Positions 6,120 to 15,515 of a stretch of DNA of 29,629 nucleotides are shown one piece after another. The notes under the pieces were generated by a model, which saw nothing but the letters and a program-made list of their open reading frames with translations, made no database searches and was not told the DNA's origin. Position numbers and translations under genes: made by a program. Source of the stretch: Thermovirgaceae bacterium (GTDB lineage: Bacteria > Synergistota > Synergistia > Synergistales > Thermovirgaceae); assembly GCA_046542505.1 (NCBI GenBank), contig JBKHBH010000019.1, forward strand, positions 1-29,629, in the 5' to 3' direction. Numbering within the stretch: the stretch's first letter is position 1; the number at the start of each line of letters is the position of its first letter.

Positions 6120-7493
6120 CTAGGCGTTCTCTTTTCTGAGCTCGCCAAGAACGTCTCGCGTGACGTCGAGCCCTTTCTGCAGGTCCTTGTCGGCGATGTT
6201 GAGAGCCGGACGGAAACGGATCGACACATCTCCGCAGGGCAGTACAAGAACGTGTTTTGAATGGAACTTCTGAACGGCCCTGTTCCGCATCTCGGGGCTG
6301 TGGAAGTCGTAGGCGCACATGAGTCCCTTTCCGCGGACGTTCCAGATCACGTCGGAGAAATCTTTCTGGATGTCCTCAAGTCCCTTCAAAAGTTTCGGTC
6401 CCGCAGTGTTAGCCACGTAATCGAGAACATTGTCCTCTTCATAGATCTCAAGATACCTTGTCGACCTCACCATGTCGACGAGATTGCCGCCCCAGGTGGA
6501 GTTGATCCGGCTCGAAATCTTGAAGCAGTTGTCCTCAACCTCGTCGAGCCTCGGTCCAGCGACGAGCCCACAGATCTGGGCTTTCTTCCCAAAGGCGAAC
6601 ATGTCGGGCTTGACCGGCGCATGGTGTTCGAAGGCCCACATCTTTCCGGTGATCCCCATACCACACTGGACTTCGTCGAAGATGAGGAGGATGTCGTTTT
6701 CATCACAAATCTCACGCAGCTGTTTGAAGAATTCCGTCCGGAAATGGTTGTCTCCGCCTTCTCCCTGGATCGTCTCGATAATGATCGCACAGATATCGTC
6801 GGGATTCTCCCAGATAGCCTGCTTGATCTGCTTGATGGAAACCCGCTCAAGCCACTCCACGATACCAAGGTTTTCCTCAAGGGGCCAGTAGATTTTCGGG
6901 TTCAGGACACGGGGCCAGTCAAACTGGGCGAAATACTGGTACTTGTTGGGATCTTGGGTGTTGGTGACCGTAAGGGTGTAGCCGCTCCGTCCGTGGAAAG
7001 CCTCGTTGAAATGAAGGACCTTCGTTCCCATTTTCCCCTTGATGGCCTCACCCTTGCTGATCTTTCCTTGCTCGAGGAGCTTCTGGACCTTCCAGTCCAT
7101 GGCAACCTTGAAGGTGTTCTCCACTGCAAGGGTCCCATAGTCAATCAGGAAAATGTGGTTAAATCCCTCGGGAACCGCAATGTCGCCGAAAGTCTTGACG
7201 AACTTTGCAAGCTCCTGGGTATAGATGTCCGAATTAGCGACCTTGTTGATGGCGGAGCGGAAAATTGTTTCCTTGAATTCATCGTTGGCAAGTTTGGGAT
7301 GGTTCATGCCGAAGGGCGAAGAGGCAAAAAAGGTGTAAAAATCGAGCCATTCCGCACCGTCAAGTTTGTTGACCATATGAGACCCCTGGGATTTCTCCAT
7401 GTCAATGACAATGTCGAAACCGTCCCGAAGCAACAACTGTGAAATTTCCGAGAAGACATCCTGCGGTGCCACATCTCTGTTAACCTTTGCCAT
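6120..7493 (-). CDS. lat: L-lysine 6-transaminase-like class-III PLP aminotransferase, 457 aa
   Basis: LDFYTFFASSPFGMNHP, NKVANSDIY, AFHGRSGYT, IQGEGGD, DEVQCG, FGKK (PLP lysine), SRINSTWGGNL. GGGAGG precedes ATG 7493. Confidence 0.85.
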   Translation of the reverse strand: MAKVNRDVAPQDVFSEISQLLLRDGFDIVIDMEKSQGSHMVNKLDGAEWLDFYTFFASSPFGMNHPKLANDEFKETIFRSAINKVANSDIYTQELAKFVKTFGDIAVPEGFNHIFLIDYGTLAVENTFKVAMDWKVQKLLEQGKISKGEAIKGKMGTKVLHFNEAFHGRSGYTLTVTNTQDPNKYQYFAQFDWPRVLNPKIYWPLEENLGIVEWLERVSIKQIKQAIWENPDDICAIIIETIQGEGGDNHFRTEFFKQLREICDENDILLIFDEVQCGMGITGKMWAFEHHAPVKPDMFAFGKKAQICGLVAGPRLDEVEDNCFKISSRINSTWGGNLVDMVRSTRYLEIYEEDNVLDYVANTAGPKLLKGLEDIQKDFSDVIWNVRGKGLMCAYDFHSPEMRNRAVQKFHSKHVLVLPCGDVSIRFRPALNIADKDLQKGLDVTRDVLGELRKENA

Positions 7494-7659
7494 TCTTACA
7501 GCCTCCCTGCAATGATATTTGGGCCTCCACACGGAGCACCCGTTTTTTGTTTACCATCCACGCTTTTCAGTTTATATCCTGATTTTCATTCTCACACAGA
7601 AAGAAAAATATTTCAACATTCTTTCTTTTATCCGGAATATTGTTTCCTATATGAGGAAA

Positions 7660-8088
7660 TCAGAGTTCTGAATGTGGGGCAAGGCCAAGGAACTGCCGTA
7701 TTTCGCCTGACGAATACCATTTCCCGTGCCCGATTCCAGGGCAACGGCATTTTTCCTTTTCCCAGGCGGTCCTGTTTTTGAGAACAGAAGGCCAAAAGGG
7801 ATAAAGACGACATTGAAGGGGCCTGAGTTCGTACAAGCGACATTTCGCCGCGACCTTGTCGTAGAAGACACACTCTCCCGACGGCCTCTCTCGGAGCGAA
7901 AGTTTCTTTTCCCCCAGAAAGCGCACGGTCCTCGTGAAAAGCTCAACAGCCACCTGTATCCTGTCTGAAATCGCAGACGCCTCTTCGGAAGTCACCAGGA
8001 CCGTCCCAGGTTCTCCTCTGCAACATCTTCCGCACCCTAAACAAGAAAAACGTAAACCATCTTCCCACCACGGTTTATTTACGATCAA
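7660..8088 (-). CDS. YkgJ family cysteine-cluster (CxxCxxCC) protein, 142 aa
   Basis: FSCLGCGRCC, CVFY, CRLYELRPLQCRLYPF, CPG. TTG 8088 overlaps the mreB stop (TTGA). Confidence 0.88.
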   Translation of the reverse strand: MIVNKPWWEDGLRFSCLGCGRCCRGEPGTVLVTSEEASAISDRIQVAVELFTRTVRFLGEKKLSLRERPSGECVFYDKVAAKCRLYELRPLQCRLYPFWPSVLKNRTAWEKEKCRCPGIGHGKWYSSGEIRQFLGLAPHSEL

Positions 8089-9125
8089 CCGCGTCTGCCC
8101 CTTCTTCTCGACGTTCCCAAAAGCGCCCCGTTGGCTTTCAGGATATCCAGGGAATCCAGGGCCTTGCCCGTTCCGAGGACAACGCACTCGAGGGGGGCGT
8201 CAGCAACATAAGCAGGGATCTCCGTCTTTTCCGTCAGGAGTTCCGGAAGTCCCCGAAGCAGTGCGCCTCCACCGGTCAAGGTGATTCCCCTGTCGATAAT
8301 GTCGGCCGAAAGTTCCGGCGGCGTCTGCTCCAGAACCTGGCGGACACCTTCCACGATCATCTGGATCGTTTCCTCTATGGCCGTCGCAACAAGGCTTTCG
8401 TTGATTTCTATCTGCCGTGGCAATCCGTGAACAAGGTCCCGGCCCTTGATGATCATGGTTTTTTCGTCGTTTCCGGGTGGGAGGCATGTGGCGATTTTCA
8501 TCTTTATGTCTTCCGCCGTCTGCTCTCCTATGGCGAGGTTATATTCCTTGCGGATGTAGCGCGTAATGTTTTCATCCAACCGGTCTCCTCCAAGCCTGAG
8601 GGATTCCGTAACGACGATGCCGCCATAGGAGATCACGGCTATATCCGTCGTCCCGCCTCCAATGTCCACGATCATGTTTCCCCTCGGCTCGGAGATATCC
8701 AGGTTCGCACCTATGGCTGCGGACATGGGTTCTTCTATGAGATAGGCTTCCTTCGCCCCAATCTCCACCGCCGCTTCAAGCACGGCCCTCCGTTCCACGT
8801 CGGTGGCACCCGAAGGGACGCAAACCATAACACGTCGACGTAGCATCCGGCCGAATCCCGTGATGACTTTCTTGAGAAAATAGCGGAGCATGGCTTCCGT
8901 CATAGTGTAATCGGCTATGACGCCGTCCCTGAGAGGCCTGACGGCAACGACATTGCCCGGGGTTCTGCCCAGCATCTTCTTCGCCTCGAGCCCTACTGCA
9001 AGGATACGGTCCGTATTCATATCCACGGCCACGACGGAAGGCTCTCTCAGGACCACGCCTTTCTGTTTCATGTAAATAAGCACATTGGCTGTACCAAGAT
9101 CAATTCCGATGTCCATTCCCCACAC
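8085..9125 (-). CDS. mreB: Rod-shape-determining protein MreB/Mbl
   Basis: IGIDLGTAN, VRPLRDGVIAD, IEEPMSAAIG, VDIGGGTTD, LTGGGALL. GTG start after AAGGAG. Confidence 0.96.
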   Translation of the reverse strand: MWGMDIGIDLGTANVLIYMKQKGVVLREPSVVAVDMNTDRILAVGLEAKKMLGRTPGNVVAVRPLRDGVIADYTMTEAMLRYFLKKVITGFGRMLRRRVMVCVPSGATDVERRAVLEAAVEIGAKEAYLIEEPMSAAIGANLDISEPRGNMIVDIGGGTTDIAVISYGGIVVTESLRLGGDRLDENITRYIRKEYNLAIGEQTAEDIKMKIATCLPPGNDEKTMIIKGRDLVHGLPRQIEINESLVATAIEETIQMIVEGVRQVLEQTPPELSADIIDRGITLTGGGALLRGLPELLTEKTEIPAYVADAPLECVVLGTGKALDSLDILKANGALLGTSRRRGRRG

Positions 9126-9224
9126 GCCCTATCACTCCTTCAATGGGCCCGCCTCGGTGGAAACGAAACGACACGCTGAGATTCCTTTTTTCGCTCGGGA
9201 GAAGATCCCGAAGCACCGATAAAA

Positions 9225-9253
9225 ACTATATCCTGAAACACCAGTCATCTCAA
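9225..9253 (-). promoter_or_regulatory. sigma70 promoter for mreB
   Basis: TTGAGA (9253-9248), 17-nt spacer, TATAGT (9230-9225). Overlaps the truA 3' end. Confidence 0.6.
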
Positions 9254-10015
9254 GAACGACCGCCCCGGCCACGACAAGGAGGCATACCCTACCTTTTGCA
9301 GGGTCAATCCTTCAGCCGGCGCCGTCGGGCCGGCTTCAGTCCTGTCGGCACCTTCCAGGAGCCTGTCAAGGATATGCGGTTCCCATTCCCCGGCACCGAT
9401 ACGATCTATCGTACCGATCATGATCCGGACCATGTTCGTCAAAAAAGCATTCCCTCGTACCCTAAAGCGTACAAGGGGCCCCCGTCTGGCCACAGTCATG
9501 GAGGAAATGATCCTCACTGAATATTCAGGACGCTCACTTGCACGACAGAAAGCACTGAAGTCATGGGTACCTGCAAACCGCCTGCAGGCCTCCCTGATTC
9601 TCTCCATGTCCCATCGGCGCCGGCCGTTCCACCAAACGTACCGCCTGATTTGCGGATAACACGCACCGCCCGTCCAGACATGGTAGACATACTCCCTCCA
9701 AAGGGCACTGCGCCTGGCATGGAATGAATCAACCACCGGGGTCACATCCACCACCCTGACCGGTTCCGGCAGATTGGCGTTTGTGGCCAGAAGCACCGTT
9801 TTCGCAGGTTTGTCGGAGGTCAAATCAAAGGAAGCCACCTGCCCAAGGGCGTGAACGCCCTTGTCGGTCCGTCCCGCCCCATGGACCGCTGTTTTCTCGT
9901 GACAGAAAGTTTCGAGAGCATTTTCAAGAACACCCTGAACGGTAACCCGGCCTGGCTGTTTTTGCCATCCCGAGAACAGGCTCCCGTCATAGGCGAGTTT
10001 CACGGCATATCTCAT
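9245..10015 (-). CDS. truA: tRNA pseudouridine(38-40) synthase, 256 aa
   Basis: LAYDGSLFSGWQKQ, GAGRTDKGVHA (catalytic Asp), GTHDFSAF, FLTNMVR, TAPAEGL. ATGA overlap with the ecfT stop. Confidence 0.96.
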   Translation of the reverse strand: MRYAVKLAYDGSLFSGWQKQPGRVTVQGVLENALETFCHEKTAVHGAGRTDKGVHALGQVASFDLTSDKPAKTVLLATNANLPEPVRVVDVTPVVDSFHARRSALWREYVYHVWTGGACYPQIRRYVWWNGRRRWDMERIREACRRFAGTHDFSAFCRASERPEYSVRIISSMTVARRGPLVRFRVRGNAFLTNMVRIMIGTIDRIGAGEWEPHILDRLLEGADRTEAGPTAPAEGLTLQKVGYASLSWPGRSFLR

Positions 10016-10827
10016 AATCCGCTCAACCTCGCATCCAGGAAAGAAAATGCCAGCGTGATAACCAGGGCCGAAAGCAGTGCAAGAGAATCCCCCGCTCTCC
10101 ACACAAGGGGATTCATCCGCGTTCTGCCCATGCCTCCCCTGTAGTTCCTGGATTCCATGGCAACGGCAAGCTCGTCGGCCCGTTGAAAGACAATCACAAA
10201 AAGCGGTACCAGGACAGGAATAAACGCCCTTAACCGTCTGAATATTCCTCCCCTGTCCAGATCGGCCCCCCTGGCGAGCTGCGCTTTCATGATCCTGTCG
10301 GTCTCATCCAGAAGGGTGGGAATGAAACGTATGGCTATGGTCATCATCATGGCCATTTCATGGGCAGGAAACCCCAGGGGGGTCAGGGGCGAAAAGAGAC
10401 GTTCCAGGCCGTCCGCCAGTTCCGTGGGGCTTGTCGTCAGTGTCAGGACTCCTGCGAAAAGGACAAGAAGGAACAGACGAAACCCCATCTTGAACGCCAT
10501 CCTGAGACCTTCTTCAGTAATTGTCAGGATGCCCCATCGGAAAACCGGTGTTCCTCGGCTGAATAACAGGTGTATCAGAGCAGTGAAAAGGATCAGAAAC
10601 AGAACCGGTCTTGCGGTTCGAAGGACCATTGAAAGAGGGAGCTTCGCCAAAGCGACTATGACACCGAGGGTTATCGCCCACAGCGCGAAAACCATTCCGT
10701 AATCCGCAAGGAAAACGCCTGCAAGGAAAAGGAGCGTTGCGAGTATCTTCGCCCGGGGATCGGCCCTGTGAACCATGGAACCTGTCGGCACATACTGTCC
10801 CAGCGTAAGGTGATTCAAAAATTTCAT
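10012..10827 (-). CDS. ecfT: ECF transporter transmembrane component T, 271 aa
   Basis: GQY..S.VHRADPRAK, AIRFIPTL, AQLARG and AMESR motifs. ATGA overlap with the ecfA2 stop. Confidence 0.95.
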   Translation of the reverse strand: MKFLNHLTLGQYVPTGSMVHRADPRAKILATLLFLAGVFLADYGMVFALWAITLGVIVALAKLPLSMVLRTARPVLFLILFTALIHLLFSRGTPVFRWGILTITEEGLRMAFKMGFRLFLLVLFAGVLTLTTSPTELADGLERLFSPLTPLGFPAHEMAMMMTIAIRFIPTLLDETDRIMKAQLARGADLDRGGIFRRLRAFIPVLVPLFVIVFQRADELAVAMESRNYRGGMGRTRMNPLVWRAGDSLALLSALVITLAFSFLDARLSGL

Positions 10828-11666
10828 CCCCGGATCGACCTTTCTATGGCGTCGGCAAGGACCCCAAAATCCCACGTCACAGGGACATCCATGCCAAGGT
10901 CCCTCAGCTTTCCCGCAAAAAGCGGCAACGGCGGCAACTCGAGTCCAGGCACGTCACGCTCCAGAAGTTCTTCCAATATAACTGACGGTGTTCCCCAGAT
11001 CCTTGATTTGCCCTGTGTCAGAACAAGGATCCTGTCGCTAACCTCGACGGCCAACTCAAGGTCATGGGTGATGTGCACGATGCCCGTTCCGTTTTTCTTG
11101 AGTCTTGCAAGAAGCAGGCAAAGCTCCTTTTTACCCGATGCATCAAGTCCCGCCGTGGGTTCATCAAGGACAAGATAATCAGGTCTGACGGCCAACACGG
11201 AAGCGATTGCAACCCTGCGCTTTTCACCTCCCGAAAGGTTAAATGGAGAAAGGTTCCTGAAACTTTCAGCAAGTCCGGTCAGCGACAGGGCTTCAGAAAC
11301 TCTTTCCGGTATCTCCTCTTTCGCGACCCCCCAATTTTTGGGTCCGAAGGCAATCTCCTCATATACGGTTTCCTCGAATATCTGTTGCTCCGGGTACTGG
11401 AATACGAGCCCCACTTTCCTGCGGATCTCCCGAAGCTGGGAACGGCCTTTGTGGACCCCGATTCCGTCTACGAAAACGTTTCCCGATGTCGGCAGCAGCA
11501 ATGCATTCATATGCTGCGCGAGGGTAGACTTGCCGCTGCCTGTATGCCCCACGACTGAAAGCCATTCCCCGCCCCTGGCCTCGAGGGAAACGTCCGCGAG
11601 TGCCGTCGTCTCCAGGGGCGTTCCTTTATGATAGACATGGGTAAGATGATCGATAACTATAGACAC
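10824..11666 (-). CDS. ecfA2: ECF transporter ATPase A2, 280 aa
   Basis: GHTGSGKST, FQYPEQQ, LSGGEKRR, LDEPTAGLD. GTG start at 11666. Confidence 0.95.
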   Translation of the reverse strand: MSIVIDHLTHVYHKGTPLETTALADVSLEARGGEWLSVVGHTGSGKSTLAQHMNALLLPTSGNVFVDGIGVHKGRSQLREIRRKVGLVFQYPEQQIFEETVYEEIAFGPKNWGVAKEEIPERVSEALSLTGLAESFRNLSPFNLSGGEKRRVAIASVLAVRPDYLVLDEPTAGLDASGKKELCLLLARLKKNGTGIVHITHDLELAVEVSDRILVLTQGKSRIWGTPSVILEELLERDVPGLELPPLPLFAGKLRDLGMDVPVTWDFGVLADAIERSIRG

Positions 11667-12484
11667 AGCGCGGACACCATTTCCTCGGGGACAGGCCTGA
11701 CATCTTCGCCGATAAGCTTCCTGCGCACAAGCTCGCGCCACAAGACTATAAACGGGGGAATTCCAAGTCCCCACTCCTCAAGTCTTTCCCCTTCACGGAA
11801 AAGCTCGAGAGGCGATCCCTCCCAGACCAGCTCCCCTGATTCAAGAACCACGCACCGATCACAGTGAAAAATCTCTTCCATCCGGTGCGTTATGGAAACA
11901 AGTGTCATCCCTTCAGAATGGAGCCGTTTCAGTACCTGTTGCAACTCCTTCCGGCCGCTTGGATCCAACATGGACGTTGCCTCGTCGAGAACAAGGCAGG
12001 GAGGCTTCATCGCAATGGCTCCCGCGACGGCCAGGCGTTGTTTCTGCCCTCCGGAAAGGGCGTAGGTGGGTTTTTCCGCAAGTTCCGCAAGCCCTGTCTC
12101 TTTCAGGGCCTCTTCTACACGTCTTTTGATTTCGCCAGGGTCGATACCCAGATTCTCCGGACCGAAAGCCACATCTTCTTCCACGATCGCTGCCACGATC
12201 TGGTTTTCCGGATTCTGGAAAACGATCGCAACCTGTGATCTCGCATGCCGTTGCCCTTCTTCGGTTCCCGTATCAACCCCTCCGACAAGACAAGCGCCCT
12301 GCGTTGGAACCAGCAGGGCGTTGAAATGTCTGGCAAGCGTGGATTTCCCCGACCCGTTCGCCCCCAGAACGGCGAGCCACTCCCCTTTTTTAACATCCAG
12401 GTCGATTCCCCCAAGAGCGGCTTTTTCACTTCCGGGATAGGTATATCCGACGTTCCGGAAGGAGACGATTTCCCCTGCCGTCAT
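11657..12484 (-). CDS. ecfA1: ECF transporter ATPase A1
   Basis: GANGSGKST, FQNPENQIV, LSGGQKQR, LDEATSMLDP. Confidence 0.95.
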   Translation of the reverse strand: MTAGEIVSFRNVGYTYPGSEKAALGGIDLDVKKGEWLAVLGANGSGKSTLARHFNALLVPTQGACLVGGVDTGTEEGQRHARSQVAIVFQNPENQIVAAIVEEDVAFGPENLGIDPGEIKRRVEEALKETGLAELAEKPTYALSGGQKQRLAVAGAIAMKPPCLVLDEATSMLDPSGRKELQQVLKRLHSEGMTLVSITHRMEEIFHCDRCVVLESGELVWEGSPLELFREGERLEEWGLGIPPFIVLWRELVRRKLIGEDVRPVPEEMVSALCL

Positions 12485-12840
12485 GACTCCTCTACAAGTT
12501 CGATTACTGCCATCGGGGACGAATCGCCATGGCGAAAACCCGTTTTTACGATCCGTGTGTATCCGCCCTCTCGGGATTCATACCTTGAGGCAATTTCGTC
12601 AAAAAGTTTTTTCACGGCCGCCTTGTCAGGCATCCGGGACGACACGATACGTCTGTCGTGGAGCCCGCCTCGTTTCGCCTTGGTAATAAGTTTTTCCGCA
12701 ACCCTCCGGAGCTCCCTGGCTTTGGGGAGCGTTGTCTCCAGTCTTTCCTGCAGGAAAAGATCTGCAGCGAGATTCGAGAGCATCGCCCGGCGGTGGCTTC
12801 CATACCGGCCAAGGGTGCGTCTGTCCATCCGGTGCCTCAT
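12481..12840 (-). CDS. rplQ: 50S ribosomal protein L17
   Basis: MRHR..LGR..HRRAML, ETTLPKAREL, GGYTRIVK. Confidence 0.98.
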   Translation of the reverse strand: MRHRMDRRTLGRYGSHRRAMLSNLAADLFLQERLETTLPKARELRRVAEKLITKAKRGGLHDRRIVSSRMPDKAAVKKLFDEIASRYESREGGYTRIVKTGFRHGDSSPMAVIELVEES

Positions 12841-13880
12841 CAGACTGTTTCCTCCTTAGAATCGTGTTCTTCTCCGGACGCCTGGGATTTATTTTCCCTG
12901 CTGTCACTGTTGTCAAGGGTCAGGCCGAACTTTTCAAGCTTTTCTTCTATCTCCCTCAGGGATATTTTTCCGAGGTTCCGGATTTTGAGCAGCTCCGTCC
13001 GTCCTCTGGAAACGAGGTCTCCAATGGTCTGCACGCCTCCCCTGAGAAGACAGTTCTCGCTCCGAATGGAGAGCTCAAGGTCTTTTATCGGTCTGACCAT
13101 CATGGCGTTTTCCTCGGGGCTGTAACCTTCCTGTGGGATCACGGAACTACCAGCGGCGGCAGCCTCTTCAAGCTCTTCTTCGGGAGCGCTTTCGCTGATT
13201 TTCTGAAGATCGTCAACGACACGTCCGAAATACCCCTGCAGTATGCCGGCGGCTTCGACGACGGCAGCCTCAGGTTCCACCGCCCCGTTTGTCCAGACAT
13301 CAAGCAGAAGTCTTTCGTAGTCGGTCCTCTGACCGACCCTTGCATCCTGGACTTCGTACTTCACTCTTTGTACAGGCGAGAAAACGGCATCCACCATCAG
13401 TGCATCTATGGGCAGATACGAAGGGCGTTGCCGATCTGACGTCGCATAGCCCGTTCCTCTCTCCACGAAGAAATCCATCTCGAGCCTGGCCCCTTCAGTA
13501 AGACTGCAGATAGGCGCATCGGGGTCGGTAAATTCAACCTCGCTATCGGGCTGGATGTCCGCAGCAGTAACATCCAGCGGCCCATCCGCTTCAAGCCTCA
13601 ACACACGGACTTCCTTGGAATGGGACCGCACGGGTATCTTCTTGAGGTTCAGCATAAGCTCAATGGCATCTTCATAGACTCCATCGATGGTGCTGAACTC
13701 GTGAAGAACGCCCTCGATCCGCACAGCTGAAATGGCAGCTCCCCTGATGGAAGAAAGCAAGACCCTCCTGAGGGCGTTCCCCAGGGTCACTCCGTATCCT
13801 CTTTCAAGAGGTTCGAGAATGATTTTTCCGTGCAGGGGGGTGCTTTCCTCGATACGGATTTCCGGCCGAATATGTTCCAA
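12840..13880 (-). CDS. rpoA: RNA polymerase alpha subunit, 346 aa
   Basis: EPLERGYGVTLGNALRRVLLSS, LHEFSTI, FSPV, LELSIRSENCL. TTG 13880 after GGGGGGA. Confidence 0.98.
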   Translation of the reverse strand: MEHIRPEIRIEESTPLHGKIILEPLERGYGVTLGNALRRVLLSSIRGAAISAVRIEGVLHEFSTIDGVYEDAIELMLNLKKIPVRSHSKEVRVLRLEADGPLDVTAADIQPDSEVEFTDPDAPICSLTEGARLEMDFFVERGTGYATSDRQRPSYLPIDALMVDAVFSPVQRVKYEVQDARVGQRTDYERLLLDVWTNGAVEPEAAVVEAAGILQGYFGRVVDDLQKISESAPEEELEEAAAAGSSVIPQEGYSPEENAMMVRPIKDLELSIRSENCLLRGGVQTIGDLVSRGRTELLKIRNLGKISLREIEEKLEKFGLTLDNSDSRENKSQASGEEHDSKEETV

Positions 13881-13902
13881 AATATATCCCCCCATTGCTG
13901 AT

Positions 13903-14529
13903 TTATCTGGCATAGAACTCGACAACCAGCTGTTCTTTCACCGGAACGTCAATCTGGTCCCGGCTCGGCAGAGACAAAACACTGCCTTCATAGCGCTCGG
14001 CGTCGAAGGAAAGCCACCCCGGAAGGGTCCGGCTTTCAGCAACTTCCGCGTTTTCCCTGATAACGGGAATTTCACGGCTTTTCTCCACGATGGAGATCTT
14101 GTCACCTTCACGGACAAGGTAGCTCGGGACATCCACCTTGCGGCCGTTCACAACGACATGTCCGTGGAGAACGATCTGTCTGGCCTGCCGGCGGCTGCTC
14201 CCGACTCCGAGACGGTAAACGGCATTATCCAGCCTGCGTTCAAGAAGCTGGAGGAAATTGTGCCCCGTCTGTCCCGCCATCTTGGCTGCGGAGTGGTAGA
14301 ATTTCCGGAACTGGCTCTCGTTCATTCCGTAAAAACGACGAAGCTTCTGCTTCTCCCGCAAACGGAGTCCGTATTCACTTACTTTCGTCCGCCTCTGACC
14401 ATGCTGGCCGGGGCGATAGCTTTTTCTGTTGAGGGAGCATTTTTCTGTATAACACCTGTCGCCCTTGAGGAAAAGCTTTGTCCCCTCGGTCCTGCACAGG
14501 CGGCAAACTGGTCCTGTATACCTGCTCAT
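13903..14529 (-). CDS. rpsD: 30S ribosomal protein S4 (Zn-binding type), 208 aa
   Basis: [19 protein letters not shown]...KC, LERRLDN, VEFYAR. GGAGGT RBS. Confidence 0.98.
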   Translation of the reverse strand: MSRYTGPVCRLCRTEGTKLFLKGDRCYTEKCSLNRKSYRPGQHGQRRTKVSEYGLRLREKQKLRRFYGMNESQFRKFYHSAAKMAGQTGHNFLQLLERRLDNAVYRLGVGSSRRQARQIVLHGHVVVNGRKVDVPSYLVREGDKISIVEKSREIPVIRENAEVAESRTLPGWLSFDAERYEGSVLSLPSRDQIDVPVKEQLVVEFYAR

Positions 14530-14558
14530 TGTTCCCGTTACCTCCTCTTGGCCATCGA

Positions 14559-14951
14559 CTAGACCCGGCGCCTTTTCGGCGGTCGGCACCCATTATGGGG
14601 AATGGGCGTGTCGTCCCTGATCATGTTGACCTGGAGTCCCGCAGCCTGGAGCGACCGTATCGCCGATTCCCGGCCTGGTCCCGGTCCCTTCACGACCACG
14701 TCGATCTCCTGAACACCATGGTCCTGTACCTGCTTCGCCACCTGCTGGGCAGCCATCTGCGCTGCGTAGGGTGTGGATTTCCTTGTCCCCTTGAACCCCA
14801 CGTTCCCGCCGGACGCCCATGAGAGCAGGTTGCCCTCCCGGTCCGTCACCCCGATGATGGTGTTGTTGAAGGTTGAGTGGATGTGGGCTACACCATAACT
14901 GATATTTTTACGTTCTTTCCTTTTTCCTCGACGTTGCGGTCTCTTTGCCAC
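14559..14951 (-). CDS. rpsK: 30S ribosomal protein S11
   Basis: [35 protein letters not shown] start. Confidence 0.98.
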   Translation of the reverse strand: MAKRPQRRGKRKERKNISYGVAHIHSTFNNTIIGVTDREGNLLSWASGGNVGFKGTRKSTPYAAQMAAQQVAKQVQDHGVQEIDVVVKGPGPGRESAIRSLQAAGLQVNMIRDDTPIPHNGCRPPKRRRV

Positions 14952-14998
14952 GCCTGGGTTCCCTCCTTTGGTCTATTCCCTGCTGCGCGGGCAAAAAA

Positions 14999-15382
14999 CT
15001 ATTTCTTGCCCGGGGCTTTCTTCTTGCCCATGATGGCCCGCCTCGGCCCCTTGCGGGTGCGGGCGTTCGTCTTCGTCTTCTGGCCACGTACCGGGAGACC
15101 CTGCTTGTGTCGCAATCCCCTGTAGCAACCTATCTCCATGAGCCGTTTCACGTTCATGGTGAGCTCTCTTCTGAGATCGCCTTCCACCTTGTAATTTTCA
15201 TCGATCTCGGCGCGAAGTTTCTGCTCCTCATCCTCTGTCAAATCCTTGATCCGCGTGTCCGGGTTGATGGACGTGTCGACGAGAATGCGCCTGGCCGTTG
15301 AAAGGCCGATCCCAAAAATATAGGTCAGCGCGATTTCAACCCTTTTTTCTCTCGGGAGATCCACTCCTGCGATTCGTGCCAT
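14999..15382 (-). CDS. rpsM: 30S ribosomal protein S13
   Basis: [33 protein letters not shown]. Confidence 0.98.
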   Translation of the reverse strand: MARIAGVDLPREKRVEIALTYIFGIGLSTARRILVDTSINPDTRIKDLTEDEEQKLRAEIDENYKVEGDLRRELTMNVKRLMEIGCYRGLRHKQGLPVRGQKTKTNARTRKGPRRAIMGKKKAPGKK

Positions 15383-15389
15383 TCGAGCG

Positions 15390-15515
15390 CTACCTCCTTG
15401 CTCCCTGGCGCTGTTTGTGCCTGGGATTTTTCTTGCAGATTATCCGAACAACGCCGTTTCTCTTGATTACGCGGCAATATTCGCAAATCGGTTTCACCGA
15501 GGGTTTCACTTTCAT
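15390..15515 (-). CDS. rpmJ: 50S ribosomal protein L36 (Zn type), 41 aa
   Basis: [19 protein letters not shown]...[21 protein letters not shown]. Confidence 0.97.
   Translation of the reverse strand: MKVKPSVKPICEYCRVIKRNGVVRIICKKNPRHKQRQGARR

Noticed and set aside
6261..7442. 393-aa plus-strand ORF antisense to lat
   Set aside because: Codon-register shadow of a biased real gene, with no recognisable motifs.
7494..7659. Lysine riboswitch upstream of lat
   Set aside because: No L-box consensus recognised. The region is AT-rich with only a weak hairpin (7521-7541) and an AGAAAGAA/TTCTTTCT inverted repeat.
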